This document shows, one piece after another, positions 45,700 through 55,554 of a DNA stretch of 64,000 nucleotides; within the stretch, counting starts at the first letter, position 1; each line of letters begins with the position of its first letter. The position numbers and the translations under genes are program-made. The notes under the pieces were generated by a model. The model had not been told where the DNA came from and ran no database searches. It saw nothing but the letters and a program-made list of their open reading frames with translations. The stretch is from an uncultured Pseudomonadota bacterium (GTDB lineage Bacteria; Oederibacteriota; Muellerivitia; Muellerivitales; Muellerivitaceae): assembly GCA_963770835.1 (NCBI GenBank), contig CAVYRH010000026.1:160001-224000 (forward strand), read 5' to 3'.

Positions 45700-46475
45700 G
45701 GGCCAGCCAGGACATCCTCCGGGTCAAGGGTGTGGAAAAAAGCTTCTCGCTTCCTGATGGGGTTTTACCCGTATTGGCCGGGGTCAACCTGGAAGTGGCA
45801 CCCGGGGAGTTCACGATCCTGTTGGGAAAAAGCGGCTGTGGGAAAAGTACCCTGCTGCGGCTCATCGGCGGCCTGGAAAGGGCCACCCGGGGGGAAATCC
45901 TTTTGGGGGAAAGGCGAATCCTGAATCCCGGACTGGAACGGGGCATGGTGTTCCAGGAACCCCGGTTATTTCCCTGGATGACCGCGCGGGAGAACATCGC
46001 CTTTGGCTTGAGGGCCGACAGGGAAGCGCGGGAAGCGAAGGAAACGGTGGAAAAATACCTGGCCTTGGTGGGACTCACAGGTTTCGGCGACGCCTATCCC
46101 CACCAGTTGTCCGGCGGCATGCAGCAAAGGACCGCCCTGGCCCGGGCCCTGGTAAGCCATCCGGAGGTGCTCCTTTTGGATGAGCCTTTCGGAGCCCTGG
46201 ACGCCTTGACCCGTATCCAAATGCAGCTGGAGATCCTGAGGATTTGGCGGGAAAGCCGGGGAACGGTGCTGCTGGTGACCCATGACATCGACGAAGCCGT
46301 CTTCCTGGGCGACCGCATCGCGGTGATGACGGACCGCCCTGGAACGATCCGGGAAATCATCCCCGTCCCCCTCGCCCGGCCCCGGGACCGTAGCGGAGCC
46401 CCCTTTGTCAAAATCCGCCGGAAAATCTACAATGAGTTTTTCCAATTTCCCCGGAAAACCCGGAAAGGCGCCTGA
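45696..46475 (+). CDS. ABC transporter ATP-binding protein (SsuB/TauB-like)
   Basis: GKSGCGKST, LSGGMQQR, LLLDEPFGALD. Confidence 0.95.
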   Translation: MRASQDILRVKGVEKSFSLPDGVLPVLAGVNLEVAPGEFTILLGKSGCGKSTLLRLIGGLERATRGEILLGERRILNPGLERGMVFQEPRLFPWMTARENIAFGLRADREAREAKETVEKYLALVGLTGFGDAYPHQLSGGMQQRTALARALVSHPEVLLLDEPFGALDALTRIQMQLEILRIWRESRGTVLLVTHDIDEAVFLGDRIAVMTDRPGTIREIIPVPLARPRDRSGAPFVKIRRKIYNEFFQFPRKTRKGA

Positions 46476-46476
46476 A

Positions 46477-47427
46477 ATGAAAAAATGGGTGTTCGTCGGT
46501 TTGGCCTTCCTGTCCGGTCTTTCCGCCGTCCAGGCGGGGCAAGAAAAAACCGTGCGCATCGGTTACCAGCCCTCCTCCAGCGTCCTATTGGTAGGCAAGG
46601 CCAAGGGTTTTTACGACCAGGAATTCGCCAAGGCGGGTGTGAAGGTGGAATGGATCCCCTTCCTTTCGGGCCCGGTCATGATCGAGGCGGCGGCCGGGGA
46701 CCGGGTGGACCTCTTGGGCGTGGGCAATATGCCGGTCCTGGTGGCGCGCGCCGGGGGCATCGACATCAAGGTCATCGCCAAGGCCGCTTTCAACCCGGCC
46801 ACCAACGCGGTTTTGGTAAAGCCCGATTCCGCCATCCGGACGGTCGCGGACCTGAAGGGAAAGAAAATCGCGGCCCAGATCGGCTCCAGCGTGCATTACT
46901 TCCTTTACCAGTTGCTCACCCCCTTGGGCCTTTCCATCCAGGACGTGAAGCTGGTCAACCTGGCCGGTCCGGACCAGGGACCGGCCTTGGAAAGCGGGGC
47001 GGTCGACGCCATCGTGCTTTGGATGCCCTACCGCACCCAGCTGGAAAAGGCCGGTAAGGTCCGGGTGCTGGCGGACTCGGCCCACGTGCCGGGAAGCCTG
47101 AGCTTTTACGCTTTGCGCAACGGTTTTGGGACCGGGGATCCCGCTTTGGTGGAAGCCTTCTTGAGGGCCACCCGGGCCACCAACGAATACATGAGAAAGC
47201 ACTCGGCCGAATCCCTCGAAGTGCTGGCCAAGGACAGCCAGTTCCCCAAGGAAGCGCTGGCCGAGAGCCTGAAAGGATTCGACTGGTCCATGGGAATCAC
47301 GGACAAGGACATCCGGGAAATGAAAGACATCAAGGATTTCCTGAAAGCCAACCAGGTATTGCGGAACGATTTCAATATCCGGGATTTGTTCGATACCAGC
47401 TATTTGGAAAAGGTGGAGGGTCATTGA
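46477..47427 (+). CDS. Aliphatic sulfonate-type ABC substrate-binding protein (SsuA-like)
   Basis: signal peptide; VRIGYQ, FLSGP, DLKGKKIA, SGAVDA. Confidence 0.88.
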   Translation: MKKWVFVGLAFLSGLSAVQAGQEKTVRIGYQPSSSVLLVGKAKGFYDQEFAKAGVKVEWIPFLSGPVMIEAAAGDRVDLLGVGNMPVLVARAGGIDIKVIAKAAFNPATNAVLVKPDSAIRTVADLKGKKIAAQIGSSVHYFLYQLLTPLGLSIQDVKLVNLAGPDQGPALESGAVDAIVLWMPYRTQLEKAGKVRVLADSAHVPGSLSFYALRNGFGTGDPALVEAFLRATRATNEYMRKHSAESLEVLAKDSQFPKEALAESLKGFDWSMGITDKDIREMKDIKDFLKANQVLRNDFNIRDLFDTSYLEKVEGH

Positions 47428-47783
47428 GTTACTTTTCCGATTCCCTCTATTACGTCACGCTGTACACAACAGAACACAAGCCTTTGCTGGAGGGTAACCT
47501 CCTCCGCATGGTGGGACAAGCCTTTAAAAACCTGCCGGGGCGTTTCCCGGGCTTGAAATTGGTGCGCCACCTGGTTTATCCGAACCGGGTGGAAATGCTG
47601 TTAGACTTACAACGGTTGGACGAGGATCTGCTTCGGATCATCCAATCGTTCAAGTCGGAAGTGAAGGGCCTGGCCAAGAAGGAGGGTTATTCCCACCAGG
47701 CGTTGTGGCAGTGGTCGTATGAGGAAAGGGAAATCCGCAATTCGGAAGAGCTGTTGAAAATGGGGGAAGGGGGAGGGGCATGA
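47424..47783 (+). CDS. IS200/REP-associated Y1 transposase-fold protein lacking HUH and catalytic Tyr
   Basis: YYVTLYT, VYPNRVE (for MPNHxH), IIQSFKS, LWQWSYEEREIR; ends before the YIxxNP helix; 4-nt overlaps with both neighbours. Confidence 0.65.
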   Translation: MSYFSDSLYYVTLYTTEHKPLLEGNLLRMVGQAFKNLPGRFPGLKLVRHLVYPNRVEMLLDLQRLDEDLLRIIQSFKSEVKGLAKKEGYSHQALWQWSYEEREIRNSEELLKMGEGGGA

Positions 47784-48043
47784 AAAAATTCTTATCGATC
47801 ATCACGGTGCTGGCCTTTTTAACCGGAGGGACGGTTTGGGCCCAAAGCTCAACCGACAATTCCACGAGTTCAAAAAGCCATTCCCACAAGAAGAAAAAAT
47901 CCACGAAGGGCAAGAGCAGTAAGTCCAAAAAGAAAAAATCGGCCAAGGGCAAGAAATCGTCCAAGTCCAAATCCAAGGGCGAGGTCAAGGCGGACACGGG
48001 GGTCGGCAAGGACGACGTTGAGATCGATTTAAAAGGCCAATAA
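47780..48043 (+). CDS. Small secreted Lys/Ser-rich protein
   Basis: signal peptide (VWA|Q); KKKKSxKGK repeats. Confidence 0.75.
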   Translation: MKKFLSIITVLAFLTGGTVWAQSSTDNSTSSKSHSHKKKKSTKGKSSKSKKKKSAKGKKSSKSKSKGEVKADTGVGKDDVEIDLKGQ

Positions 48044-48128
48044 GGCCTCGAACGACGAGCCCATCGATAGCCGAAGGGGGATCCCCCGGAAATTTAGCGA
48101 CGGGTCATTGAAAAAAAGGGTGGCCCTG

Positions 48129-48155
48129 TGTAACCCTGTTATCCCTGGGATCGTA
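48129..48155 (+). promoter_or_regulatory. Putative ECF sigma promoter
   Basis: TGTAAC-N17-CGTA upstream of 48207. Confidence 0.5.
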
Positions 48156-48206
48156 CCTAGGGGAGGTCCCTTGGGACGTTTGAAATTTTGATTTTCGGAG
48201 GTTGGC

Positions 48207-48644
48207 ATGAAAAAGGCGTTGGTTTTGGCAGCGGTTTTGGTGATGACCCTTTTCGTGGGCCCGGTCTTCGCCGATGACTCGAGCGCGACTAACAGTTCGA
48301 GCGACATGCACACGGCTATGAAGATGGACGACTCAACGTCCATGGGCAAGGCCATGAAATGCGAAGTGATCGACGTGGCCTGCTATATCGCCAAGGGAGC
48401 CAAAGGCGAGGGACACCAGGCCTGCGCGGCAAAGTGCATCTCGGGCGGCGGGGAATTGGCCCTGCTTTACAACGGAAAGCTCTACATCCCCGTGGATAAG
48501 GACTACCATTCGGCCCGCGACCAGTTCGTGACTAAGGGCGGCGAGATGGTGAGCGTGACGGGAAAAACCGTCAGCAAGAGCGGGTTAAACTACATGGTTT
48601 TGAGCGATATGGCTTCTTCCAGCGACACGAAGAGCGGAATGTAA
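48207..48644 (+). CDS. Secreted Cys/His/Met-containing hypothetical protein (possible metal binding)
   Basis: signal peptide; Met-rich linker; DVACY..HQACAAKC. Confidence 0.75.
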   Translation: MKKALVLAAVLVMTLFVGPVFADDSSATNSSSDMHTAMKMDDSTSMGKAMKCEVIDVACYIAKGAKGEGHQACAAKCISGGGELALLYNGKLYIPVDKDYHSARDQFVTKGGEMVSVTGKTVSKSGLNYMVLSDMASSSDTKSGM

Positions 48645-48675
48645 CCTGTTTCAAAATTAAACGCTTCAAGCTTTT

Positions 48676-48706
48676 AAGCCTCCCGGCCCAAGACGGGGGG
48701 CTTTTT
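48676..48706 (+). terminator. Rho-independent terminator
   Basis: AAGCCTCCCG-loop-CGGGGGCTT followed by a T run. Confidence 0.7.
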
Positions 48707-48730
48707 GTTTTATGGAAGTTTATTGAAACT

Positions 48731-48784
48731 GAGGTTGCTCCGTCATAAACGACCCGCTATTCGCGGGTCATTCCTCGCAATGAC
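48731..48784. repeat. REP-like hairpin (GATTGC...CTCGCAATGAC type)
   Basis: GAGGTTGCTCCGTC...GACCCGC-TATTC-GCGGGTC...CCTCGCAATGAC. Confidence 0.55.
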
Positions 48785-48790
48785 AGCAAT

Positions 48791-49339
48791 TTATTCTTTG
48801 GTGATTTCGGAGGAATTGATGAGGGTGATGCCGGCGCGGGCCATCGCTTTAAGCGCTTTTTCGCCGTCACCTGGTTTCTTATCGACGGCTGCCACGGCGT
48901 CCTCCACCACGAAGGTTTCGAAACCGTTTTTGTCTGCGTCCAAGGCGGTGGCTTTCACGCAGTAGTCTGTGGCTAGGCCGGCCACGTAGAGATCCTCCAC
49001 TTTTTCCTTCTTGAGGAAGTCGGCCAGGTCCGCGCTGGTGGCCTCAAAGGCGGAGTACCCGTCGTCTTTGTTCTTGGTCCCCTTCAGGAAGACCTTTTTG
49101 ATTTTGGAGGAGTTCAATTGGGGGTGGAAATCCGATCCCGGAGTGTTTTGCAAGCAATGGGGCGGCCACTTCTTAAAGTGCACACTGTCCGTGGGGTGCC
49201 AGTCCTTGGAGGCGATGACGAGGGGGAAGAAATCCATTATCTGGTTGATGACGGGCACAACCTTATCCCCTTCCGGGACGGCCAGGGTGCCGCCGGGGCA
49301 GAAGTCATTTTGAACGTCCACGATCAACAGGGCTTTCAT
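48791..49339 (-). CDS. pncA: Nicotinamidase
   Basis: VDVQNDFCPGG, DWH, WPPHC, GLATDYCV. Confidence 0.93.
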   Translation of the reverse strand: MKALLIVDVQNDFCPGGTLAVPEGDKVVPVINQIMDFFPLVIASKDWHPTDSVHFKKWPPHCLQNTPGSDFHPQLNSSKIKKVFLKGTKNKDDGYSAFEATSADLADFLKKEKVEDLYVAGLATDYCVKATALDADKNGFETFVVEDAVAAVDKKPGDGEKALKAMARAGITLINSSEITKE

Positions 49340-49459
49340 GGTTTCACCTCAACGATATTATTCCATGAATAAGGCGGGAAAGCTCCGCTGTTCAAGGAGA
49401 AATAACGGCGGTTGGGTTGGGAAAATCCGTGAATTTAAGAAGGACCCGAGTTTATTTTT

Positions 49460-50872
49460 CTAGGATTTTGAATGTTCGTGGATGATCCGGGTTCTTAAGT
49501 CCATCAATTTTTGGCTGATGCCCACTTTGTAGGTATGGGGGTTCTCGAAACGCTTGCGCTCAGGCGAAAGCTTGGACAGGCGTTCTTGGGCATAGGCCGC
49601 CGCTTCCTTCACCGTGAGGCTCGTCAGGCTTTTGCCCCCCTCCATTACCTTGAAGAGGATACTCTCGGGGAAATACTGGGCCACCCGGCTTTTTTGCTCC
49701 GGAGAGGTGGGATGGTAGATGGTTTCAACGCTTTTTTCCTCCTCCAGAAGGATGCCGTCCGCGTAAAAGAAACCGTCCGGATCGGTGTAACGGACGACTT
49801 TTTTCGCGCCCGGCAGGGAAGTCTTGGCCAGGTTTTCGGAAACCTTGAGGGTGGGTTTGCCCTCATAGACTCCCAGTTTATAAACGCCGTCCAGGGCGGG
49901 AGAATCCTGGCCGGTTAAAAGGCTGGTGCCCACGCCGAAGACGTTGATGGGGGCCCCCTGGTCCAGGAGGCTCTTGATGAGGTGCTCGTCCAATTGGTTG
50001 GAAGCCACGATCTTCACGTAATGCAGGCTTTCCTGGTCCAGCATGGCGCGGGCCCGCTTGCTCAAATAGGCCAGGTCGCCCGAGTCCAGCCTAATCCCCG
50101 CCAGCCGGTGGCCCTTTTCCTCCAGTTCCTTGGCCACGATCATGGCGTTGGGGAGGCCGCTGTCGAGGGTGTTGTAGGTGTCCACCAAAAGGGTGCAGCG
50201 GTCGGGATAGATTTCGGCGAATTTGCGGAAGGCCGTCAATTCGTCGGGGAAGCTCTGGATCCAGGAATGGGCCTGGGTGCCGGAGGGGGAAAGGGAATAA
50301 AGGAAAGCGGAATAAACGTTCGAGGTGGCCGTGACACCCCCGATGAGCGCCGCACGGGAGGCCTGGATGCCGGCCAGCCCCTGCGCCCGGCGAAGGCCGA
50401 AATCCACGACCTTGCGGCTTTGTGCCGCCCAGGACATACGGGAAGCCTTGGTGGCGATGAGGGACTCGAAGTTAAGGAAATTCAACAGCAGGGTCTCGAT
50501 GATCTGGGTTTCCAGAAAGGTGCCTTCCACCCGCACAACCGGTTCCAGGGGGAACACTACTTCCCCCTCCCGTACCGAATAAATCCTCCCCTTAAAGCGG
50601 AAATTTTTCAGGTAGTCCAGGAAGGGTTTCTGGAAGCCCTGGCTCTTCAGGTATTCCAGGTCCTCTTCCCCATAAGTGAAACCCTCCAGCGCCTCCAGGA
50701 GGTCAGCGAGGCCCGCGAAAACCACGTAGCCGCCCTTGAAGGGATTTTCGCGGAAGAAGTAATCAAAGCTGGCGGGCGCGTCGGCCTTACCGGTGAGCAC
50801 GTAACCCTGGGCCATGGTGAGCTCGTAAAAGTCGGTGTAAAGGCCCAAGTGACGGGGAATGAGGGAGGACAT
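49460..50872 (-). CDS. pncB: Nicotinate phosphoribosyltransferase
   Basis: TDFYELTM, DFGLRRAQ, GTQAHS, LVDTY, RLDSGD; real start ~50872. Confidence 0.93.
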   Translation of the reverse strand: MSSLIPRHLGLYTDFYELTMAQGYVLTGKADAPASFDYFFRENPFKGGYVVFAGLADLLEALEGFTYGEEDLEYLKSQGFQKPFLDYLKNFRFKGRIYSVREGEVVFPLEPVVRVEGTFLETQIIETLLLNFLNFESLIATKASRMSWAAQSRKVVDFGLRRAQGLAGIQASRAALIGGVTATSNVYSAFLYSLSPSGTQAHSWIQSFPDELTAFRKFAEIYPDRCTLLVDTYNTLDSGLPNAMIVAKELEEKGHRLAGIRLDSGDLAYLSKRARAMLDQESLHYVKIVASNQLDEHLIKSLLDQGAPINVFGVGTSLLTGQDSPALDGVYKLGVYEGKPTLKVSENLAKTSLPGAKKVVRYTDPDGFFYADGILLEEEKSVETIYHPTSPEQKSRVAQYFPESILFKVMEGGKSLTSLTVKEAAAYAQERLSKLSPERKRFENPHTYKVGISQKLMDLRTRIIHEHSKS

Positions 50873-50901
50873 GAGGGCATTATAGACCACAAGGGCGGGG
50901 G

Positions 50902-53397
50902 CTAGGAGATCACGCGCCTTTTTTGGAGCGGCGCGAAATACCAAAAAGCCCAACCCGCCAGCAGGCAGACCGTATTCAAGACAACGAGTGGCGTGAGCCC
51001 CAGGAAATACCAAACCAGGGCGCCGATGGCCAGGCCGGACAAGACCACCGAAGATTTCACGGCGGGTGAATATTTGCTTTGGACCACGGTGTAGATCGCC
51101 CCAATATCGATGATGAGTAGAAGCGAGATTCCGAAATCCCACAAAGCCGTCTTCCAATCCCCCTGGGGAAGGGAGGTGGTCAGGGAAGGCCAGTAGGTAA
51201 TCAGCAGAACCATACCATGAAGGATCAAATACATGGGCAGCACCGCGATATAGACTTCCGTCATGGTTTTCTTGAAACGGTAAGAAGAGAGGAAAAGGTT
51301 CAGGCCCAGCGGCGGGGCCAGGAAACCCAGCTCCATATTGGCCAGGAAGATGATGCCCAAGTGCACGTCGTCCACACCGTAAGCCCTGGCCATGGGCAAA
51401 AGCAGGGGCACCACCACGACGATGGCCGCGAAGATCTCCAAAAGGCTTCCCACCACGATCAGCATGATATTCACCATCAGCAGGAACACCCATTGGCTAT
51501 GGACGGTATCGTGAACCCAGGCGGCCAGTTGGGCGGGCACTTGGGCGTCCACCATGTCGTTGGTGAAGCCAAGCGAAACACCCAAGATCAGCAGGACGCC
51601 TCCCACCAAAATGCCGCATTCGGTGATGACCTTGGGGATGTCGGATAACCTCATCTTTCGGTAGAAGAAGATCTCCACTAGGAAGGCATAAAGAGCGGTC
51701 AGAGCGGCGGACTCCACCAGCGTCACCTTGATAACGAAAAGGAAGAAAAGGACCACCAGAGGAAGGGCCAGTTCCCACTTGGCGTCCCAGGCCGCCACCA
51801 GGGCTTCGTTGGTTTCTTTTTGAACCTCCAACTTGGAGGTCAAGGGATCGAGGGCCCATTTTTTAACAACCGGAAAAAGGAAGCTGCAGAGGACCAAGAC
51901 GAGGGAGATGGAAGAAAAATGCACGAAGGTAATGGGGCCCACACCCGCTGTTTCAGGCTGGATTCCACCGAGGGAAGCTAAAACCGTCCAAGCGGCCTGC
52001 CAGGCGAGTTTCCAAGTTTCATAAGCCATCCCGCAAAAAAACACCGCCAATAAGAGCAGACAAAACCACAACTTGACCGTCCGCCAAATGGAATATTTGG
52101 AGAGATGTTCGTTGGAAGCCTTGACGATTCCCCAAACGGCAGTCAACAAAAGCAGGATGGTGCCGGGAAGCAAGCCCCCGAGGAAAAGGTCCTTGATGGA
52201 AGTGCCGGCCACGACGCCGTAGAGGATGACGGGCAGGCTGGGGGGGAAAAGCATTCCAAGGGATCCGGCCGAGGTCAAGAGGCCGAGGGCGTCCCGCTCC
52301 TTGTATTTCTCCGCCAAGAGGATAGGCATCAAGAGCCCGCCCAGGGCCAGGATGGTGACCCCCGAGCCGCCCGTAAAGGCGGTGAAGAAGGCGCAAACGC
52401 AGGCCGTGACGATGGCGGGGCCGCCGCGCAGGGATCCGAAGAAGGCCTCGAAGACCCGCAACAGCCTTTGGGAAGCGCCCCCCTCGGCCAGGAAATAGCC
52501 GGTCAGTGTGAAAAGGGGGATGGTGGGAATGGTGGGGTTGATGACCATGCGGTAGGTTTCGGCAGGGATGGAATCAATGGGAGTGTCGGAGTTCCAGAGG
52601 AAGATCAGGGCGGCGCCGCCCAGGAACAGGAAGACGGGCATGCCGAAGATCACCGCCACCATCAACAGGCTGATACAGCAGTAGATGAAGGTTGCGGAGG
52701 GGTTGTGGATCAGGGGGGCGAGGTAGGCTAGCCAACCCGCGATCAAGAGGGTGAAAAGCTTTTCGTGCCATTTGTCCGAGGAGCGCCAGATCATCCGAAT
52801 CAGGATCATGGAAAACCCGACCGGCATGAAGAGAAGGATGATCCACTTGGGAAGCCCCAAGGCGATGATGGAATCCACGTCCCTTTCGATCATGGCGTAG
52901 TTCCAGCCGGCCTTCACCAGGTAAAGGATGATGGCGGCCCCGAGTCCGGCGGTGATGATATGGGCGGCGGCCTTGAAGCGCTGGGGGATCATAGCAGCGG
53001 TGGTGGACAGTTGCAGCAACTTGCCTTCCCGGGCCGCGATGGCGCCGCCGAACATCATGATGGCCAGGACCGTGTGCTGGACCAATCCCAACGAACCGGG
53101 GACCAGGACGGGAGGGAACCAGTCGAAAACAGGGTGGAGTTTGCGCGCCAGGATGTCCAAAAGGGGCAGGATCATCATGACGGCGAAGAAGAAGGTTAAG
53201 AGAAGGTTTTCAGGTGTGTGCCAGAAGGCGGGTTTGGCCGGAGCTTCCCCCGGATGGCCGTCGATGGCCATCACCGGCTCGGGAGCCTTCGGTGCCGGGA
53301 GGGCTTCCGGAAGGGTTTGGGCGGCCTTCGGCTCCGAAACCGCGGGACGGGAGCGCTTTACGCCCTTGGCTTTTTTCGCCCGCTTGCGGGGAGTCAT
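50902..53397 (-). CDS. TRAP transporter fused small+large permease (DctQM)
   Basis: DctQ-like 4 TM, then TIPLFTLTG, GSLGMLFPPS, APPLGLNLF. Confidence 0.9.
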   Translation of the reverse strand: MTPRKRAKKAKGVKRSRPAVSEPKAAQTLPEALPAPKAPEPVMAIDGHPGEAPAKPAFWHTPENLLLTFFFAVMMILPLLDILARKLHPVFDWFPPVLVPGSLGLVQHTVLAIMMFGGAIAAREGKLLQLSTTAAMIPQRFKAAAHIITAGLGAAIILYLVKAGWNYAMIERDVDSIIALGLPKWIILLFMPVGFSMILIRMIWRSSDKWHEKLFTLLIAGWLAYLAPLIHNPSATFIYCCISLLMVAVIFGMPVFLFLGGAALIFLWNSDTPIDSIPAETYRMVINPTIPTIPLFTLTGYFLAEGGASQRLLRVFEAFFGSLRGGPAIVTACVCAFFTAFTGGSGVTILALGGLLMPILLAEKYKERDALGLLTSAGSLGMLFPPSLPVILYGVVAGTSIKDLFLGGLLPGTILLLLTAVWGIVKASNEHLSKYSIWRTVKLWFCLLLLAVFFCGMAYETWKLAWQAAWTVLASLGGIQPETAGVGPITFVHFSSISLVLVLCSFLFPVVKKWALDPLTSKLEVQKETNEALVAAWDAKWELALPLVVLFFLFVIKVTLVESAALTALYAFLVEIFFYRKMRLSDIPKVITECGILVGGVLLILGVSLGFTNDMVDAQVPAQLAAWVHDTVHSQWVFLLMVNIMLIVVGSLLEIFAAIVVVVPLLLPMARAYGVDDVHLGIIFLANMELGFLAPPLGLNLFLSSYRFKKTMTEVYIAVLPMYLILHGMVLLITYWPSLTTSLPQGDWKTALWDFGISLLLIIDIGAIYTVVQSKYSPAVKSSVVLSGLAIGALVWYFLGLTPLVVLNTVCLLAGWAFWYFAPLQKRRVIS

Positions 53398-54416
53398 TTT
53401 TCGGCGGTTTCCTTATGAGTGGCGCGGTATTCGGTCCGGTACTTCATGGCTAGGTCCATCATGTCGGTGGGGATGACGGTGCCGGAAATCTGGGGATAGA
53501 CGCTGGTAAACATTTTTTCCCACTGGTCGTATTGGTCCGCGGTGATGTCGTGCACGATGAGGCCGTGGTCCTTCATGGTGTCGATGGCTTTGTCCTCACC
53601 GGCACGGATTTCATCCTTGAAGCGCACCCCCGCGTCCGCGGCGGCCTTGAGGATGGCGGGTTGGGCGGAAACGGGGATCTTGGCCCAGGCCTTGGTGGTA
53701 ATAATCGTGGCTCCCACCAAGGGCGCCCACTTAAGACTGTTCATGTGGGGGGCCAGGGCGAACCACTGGAAGGAAAGGGCCGAAAGGGGCGTGGTGTCGA
53801 AGGCGTTGATGAGGCCGGTTTGCAGATTGGGCAGGATGTCGGTGACAGCCAGGGGGATGGGGGAATAACCGGCCGACTTCCAGATGTTCATGGTGTCGGT
53901 ATCGTTGCCCCAGACGAAGAACTTCGCTTTTTTAAGGTCATCGGGGGTCAGGATGGGATCCTTGCCGAAAAACCGCACCCAGCCCGCCTCACCCCAGTTC
54001 AAGACCTTGAAGCCCTTGGCCAAAAGGCGTTTTTCCAGGATAGGCTGCATCTTCTTGCGCACGTAGTCGCTCTCGGCGTAGGACCGGTACATCATGGGCA
54101 AGGAGAGGGCCTGTACGCCCTTGTCGATCTGAGCCAGCCCCACCACGGTGAAGACCCCCATCTGGATCTGGCCGATGCGCATCTTGCTGACCATATCGGG
54201 CTCGTCGCCCAGGACACCGCCGGGATATATCTGAAGTTTCACGCCCGCGGGTTTCCACTGCTCCCCCATGTCCCGCATGATGTTGTCCCAGACCGTTCCC
54301 TCGGGCGCCAGGGTGCCGAGTTTCATCGTGACGGCGGCCTCCTGCGCGTGAAGGGCGGGTGTGGCGAAGGATAGGAACAGCAGGACGGCCAGGATCTTCT
54401 TCAAGAAAGTGAACAC
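53394..54416 (-). CDS. dctP: TRAP substrate-binding protein DctP (TatP type)
   Basis: signal peptide; KLGTLAPEGTVW, YPGGVLGDE, LQTGLINA. Confidence 0.9.
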   Translation of the reverse strand: MFTFLKKILAVLLFLSFATPALHAQEAAVTMKLGTLAPEGTVWDNIMRDMGEQWKPAGVKLQIYPGGVLGDEPDMVSKMRIGQIQMGVFTVVGLAQIDKGVQALSLPMMYRSYAESDYVRKKMQPILEKRLLAKGFKVLNWGEAGWVRFFGKDPILTPDDLKKAKFFVWGNDTDTMNIWKSAGYSPIPLAVTDILPNLQTGLINAFDTTPLSALSFQWFALAPHMNSLKWAPLVGATIITTKAWAKIPVSAQPAILKAAADAGVRFKDEIRAGEDKAIDTMKDHGLIVHDITADQYDQWEKMFTSVYPQISGTVIPTDMMDLAMKYRTEYRATHKETAEK

Positions 54417-54451
54417 GTTATTCTCCTTTAATTGCTTCCAACATTTGACGG

Positions 54452-55369
54452 TTACTGCACGAATAAAGTATCAATACGCGAAAGCAGCCATTTGGCCCTT
54501 TTCTGGGTGATCAAATTGACTAAGCGCCAGCTGGGCTTCTTGTCCGGGTCGATGGCGAGGGCCTTGTGAAGCATGGTCTCGAATTCCTCCCGGTTTTGCT
54601 GCGGCTCGTCCACGGATTCGGCGTAGTTCACGTAAGTGGAGGCGCTTAAACCCTTATTGAACTTCAAAGCGGCGTCGAAATGCTCTTTGGCCTTTTCCAT
54701 GCTGCCGCCCGGGCGGCTTGCCTCGTAGGTAATGAGGAAATCATGGAGGGAACCTTCGTCGTAATCGGGCATCAGCTCATAGGCCCGGTAAATCAACGCT
54801 TCCGCTTCGGAGCGCTCGGCCAAAAGGTCCATGTCATTCTTGTCGGCGGAGATTGCAGCGATCCAAGAAATCCCGGTCCAATAAAGCAAATCCATATCGT
54901 CCTTGTTGGTCTGGGCAATGGCTCCCTTGGAATCTTTCTTCAGCATCTCGGAGAAATGGCCGTGTCTCACGTCCAAGCCCCTCAATCCGTAGTCCCGGGC
55001 CCGGACGTAAAGCTTCTTGGCCCGCATCTTCATCTCGCGGGATCCCCCGTAATCCGTATCGGCGATGGTTTCACTCTTGGATTGCACATAGGCATAGCTG
55101 TATTCGGTGAAGCTTTTGCAAAGGGTGGTCAAGAGGCCCACGTGCCGGGGCGTGGCGGCGAGGATGGACTCCATAAACTTCAGGCTGAAAGGAACGGCGT
55201 CCCCGACCAATTGGGGGTCGTTGTCGGAGGACCAGGTGTCTCCCTGGCCAGCCAAGCCATCGGCTACGGAGTTTACGGCCACGTCCTTGATGAAACAGCC
55301 GTTCAACAAGGGCGAAAGCCCCAGTAAAAACAGCAAAGTGAAAGGAACGGATTTTAAGTTTTTATGCAT
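54452..55369 (-). CDS. TatT TRAP-associated TPR lipoprotein
   Basis: LNGC lipobox; DNDPQLV..AVP, KLYVRARDYG, NLITQKRAKWLL; directly upstream of dctP-dctQM. Confidence 0.85.
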   Translation of the reverse strand: MHKNLKSVPFTLLFLLGLSPLLNGCFIKDVAVNSVADGLAGQGDTWSSDNDPQLVGDAVPFSLKFMESILAATPRHVGLLTTLCKSFTEYSYAYVQSKSETIADTDYGGSREMKMRAKKLYVRARDYGLRGLDVRHGHFSEMLKKDSKGAIAQTNKDDMDLLYWTGISWIAAISADKNDMDLLAERSEAEALIYRAYELMPDYDEGSLHDFLITYEASRPGGSMEKAKEHFDAALKFNKGLSASTYVNYAESVDEPQQNREEFETMLHKALAIDPDKKPSWRLVNLITQKRAKWLLSRIDTLFVQ

Positions 55370-55554
55370 CAATTTGAACCTTTTCCCCAAGAGTGATTTC
55401 GCAAAAACAAGGGGGGTGTTTTACTCCTAAGGCTATGGGAGGTCAACCATCTAAAGGAGGCGCCAAACACCGTGAATTATATGGTTTTAGGAAGGCGAAG
55501 GGGAAAATAAGGTTATGCCAAAATTGTCCACCGGCCTTGAAGAGGTCCGCTGAC

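Noticed and set aside
50873..51493. 200-aa N-terminal extension of PncB in the ORF track
   Set aside because: It overlaps the dctQM coding region in another frame; homology starts at M-S-S-L (50872)
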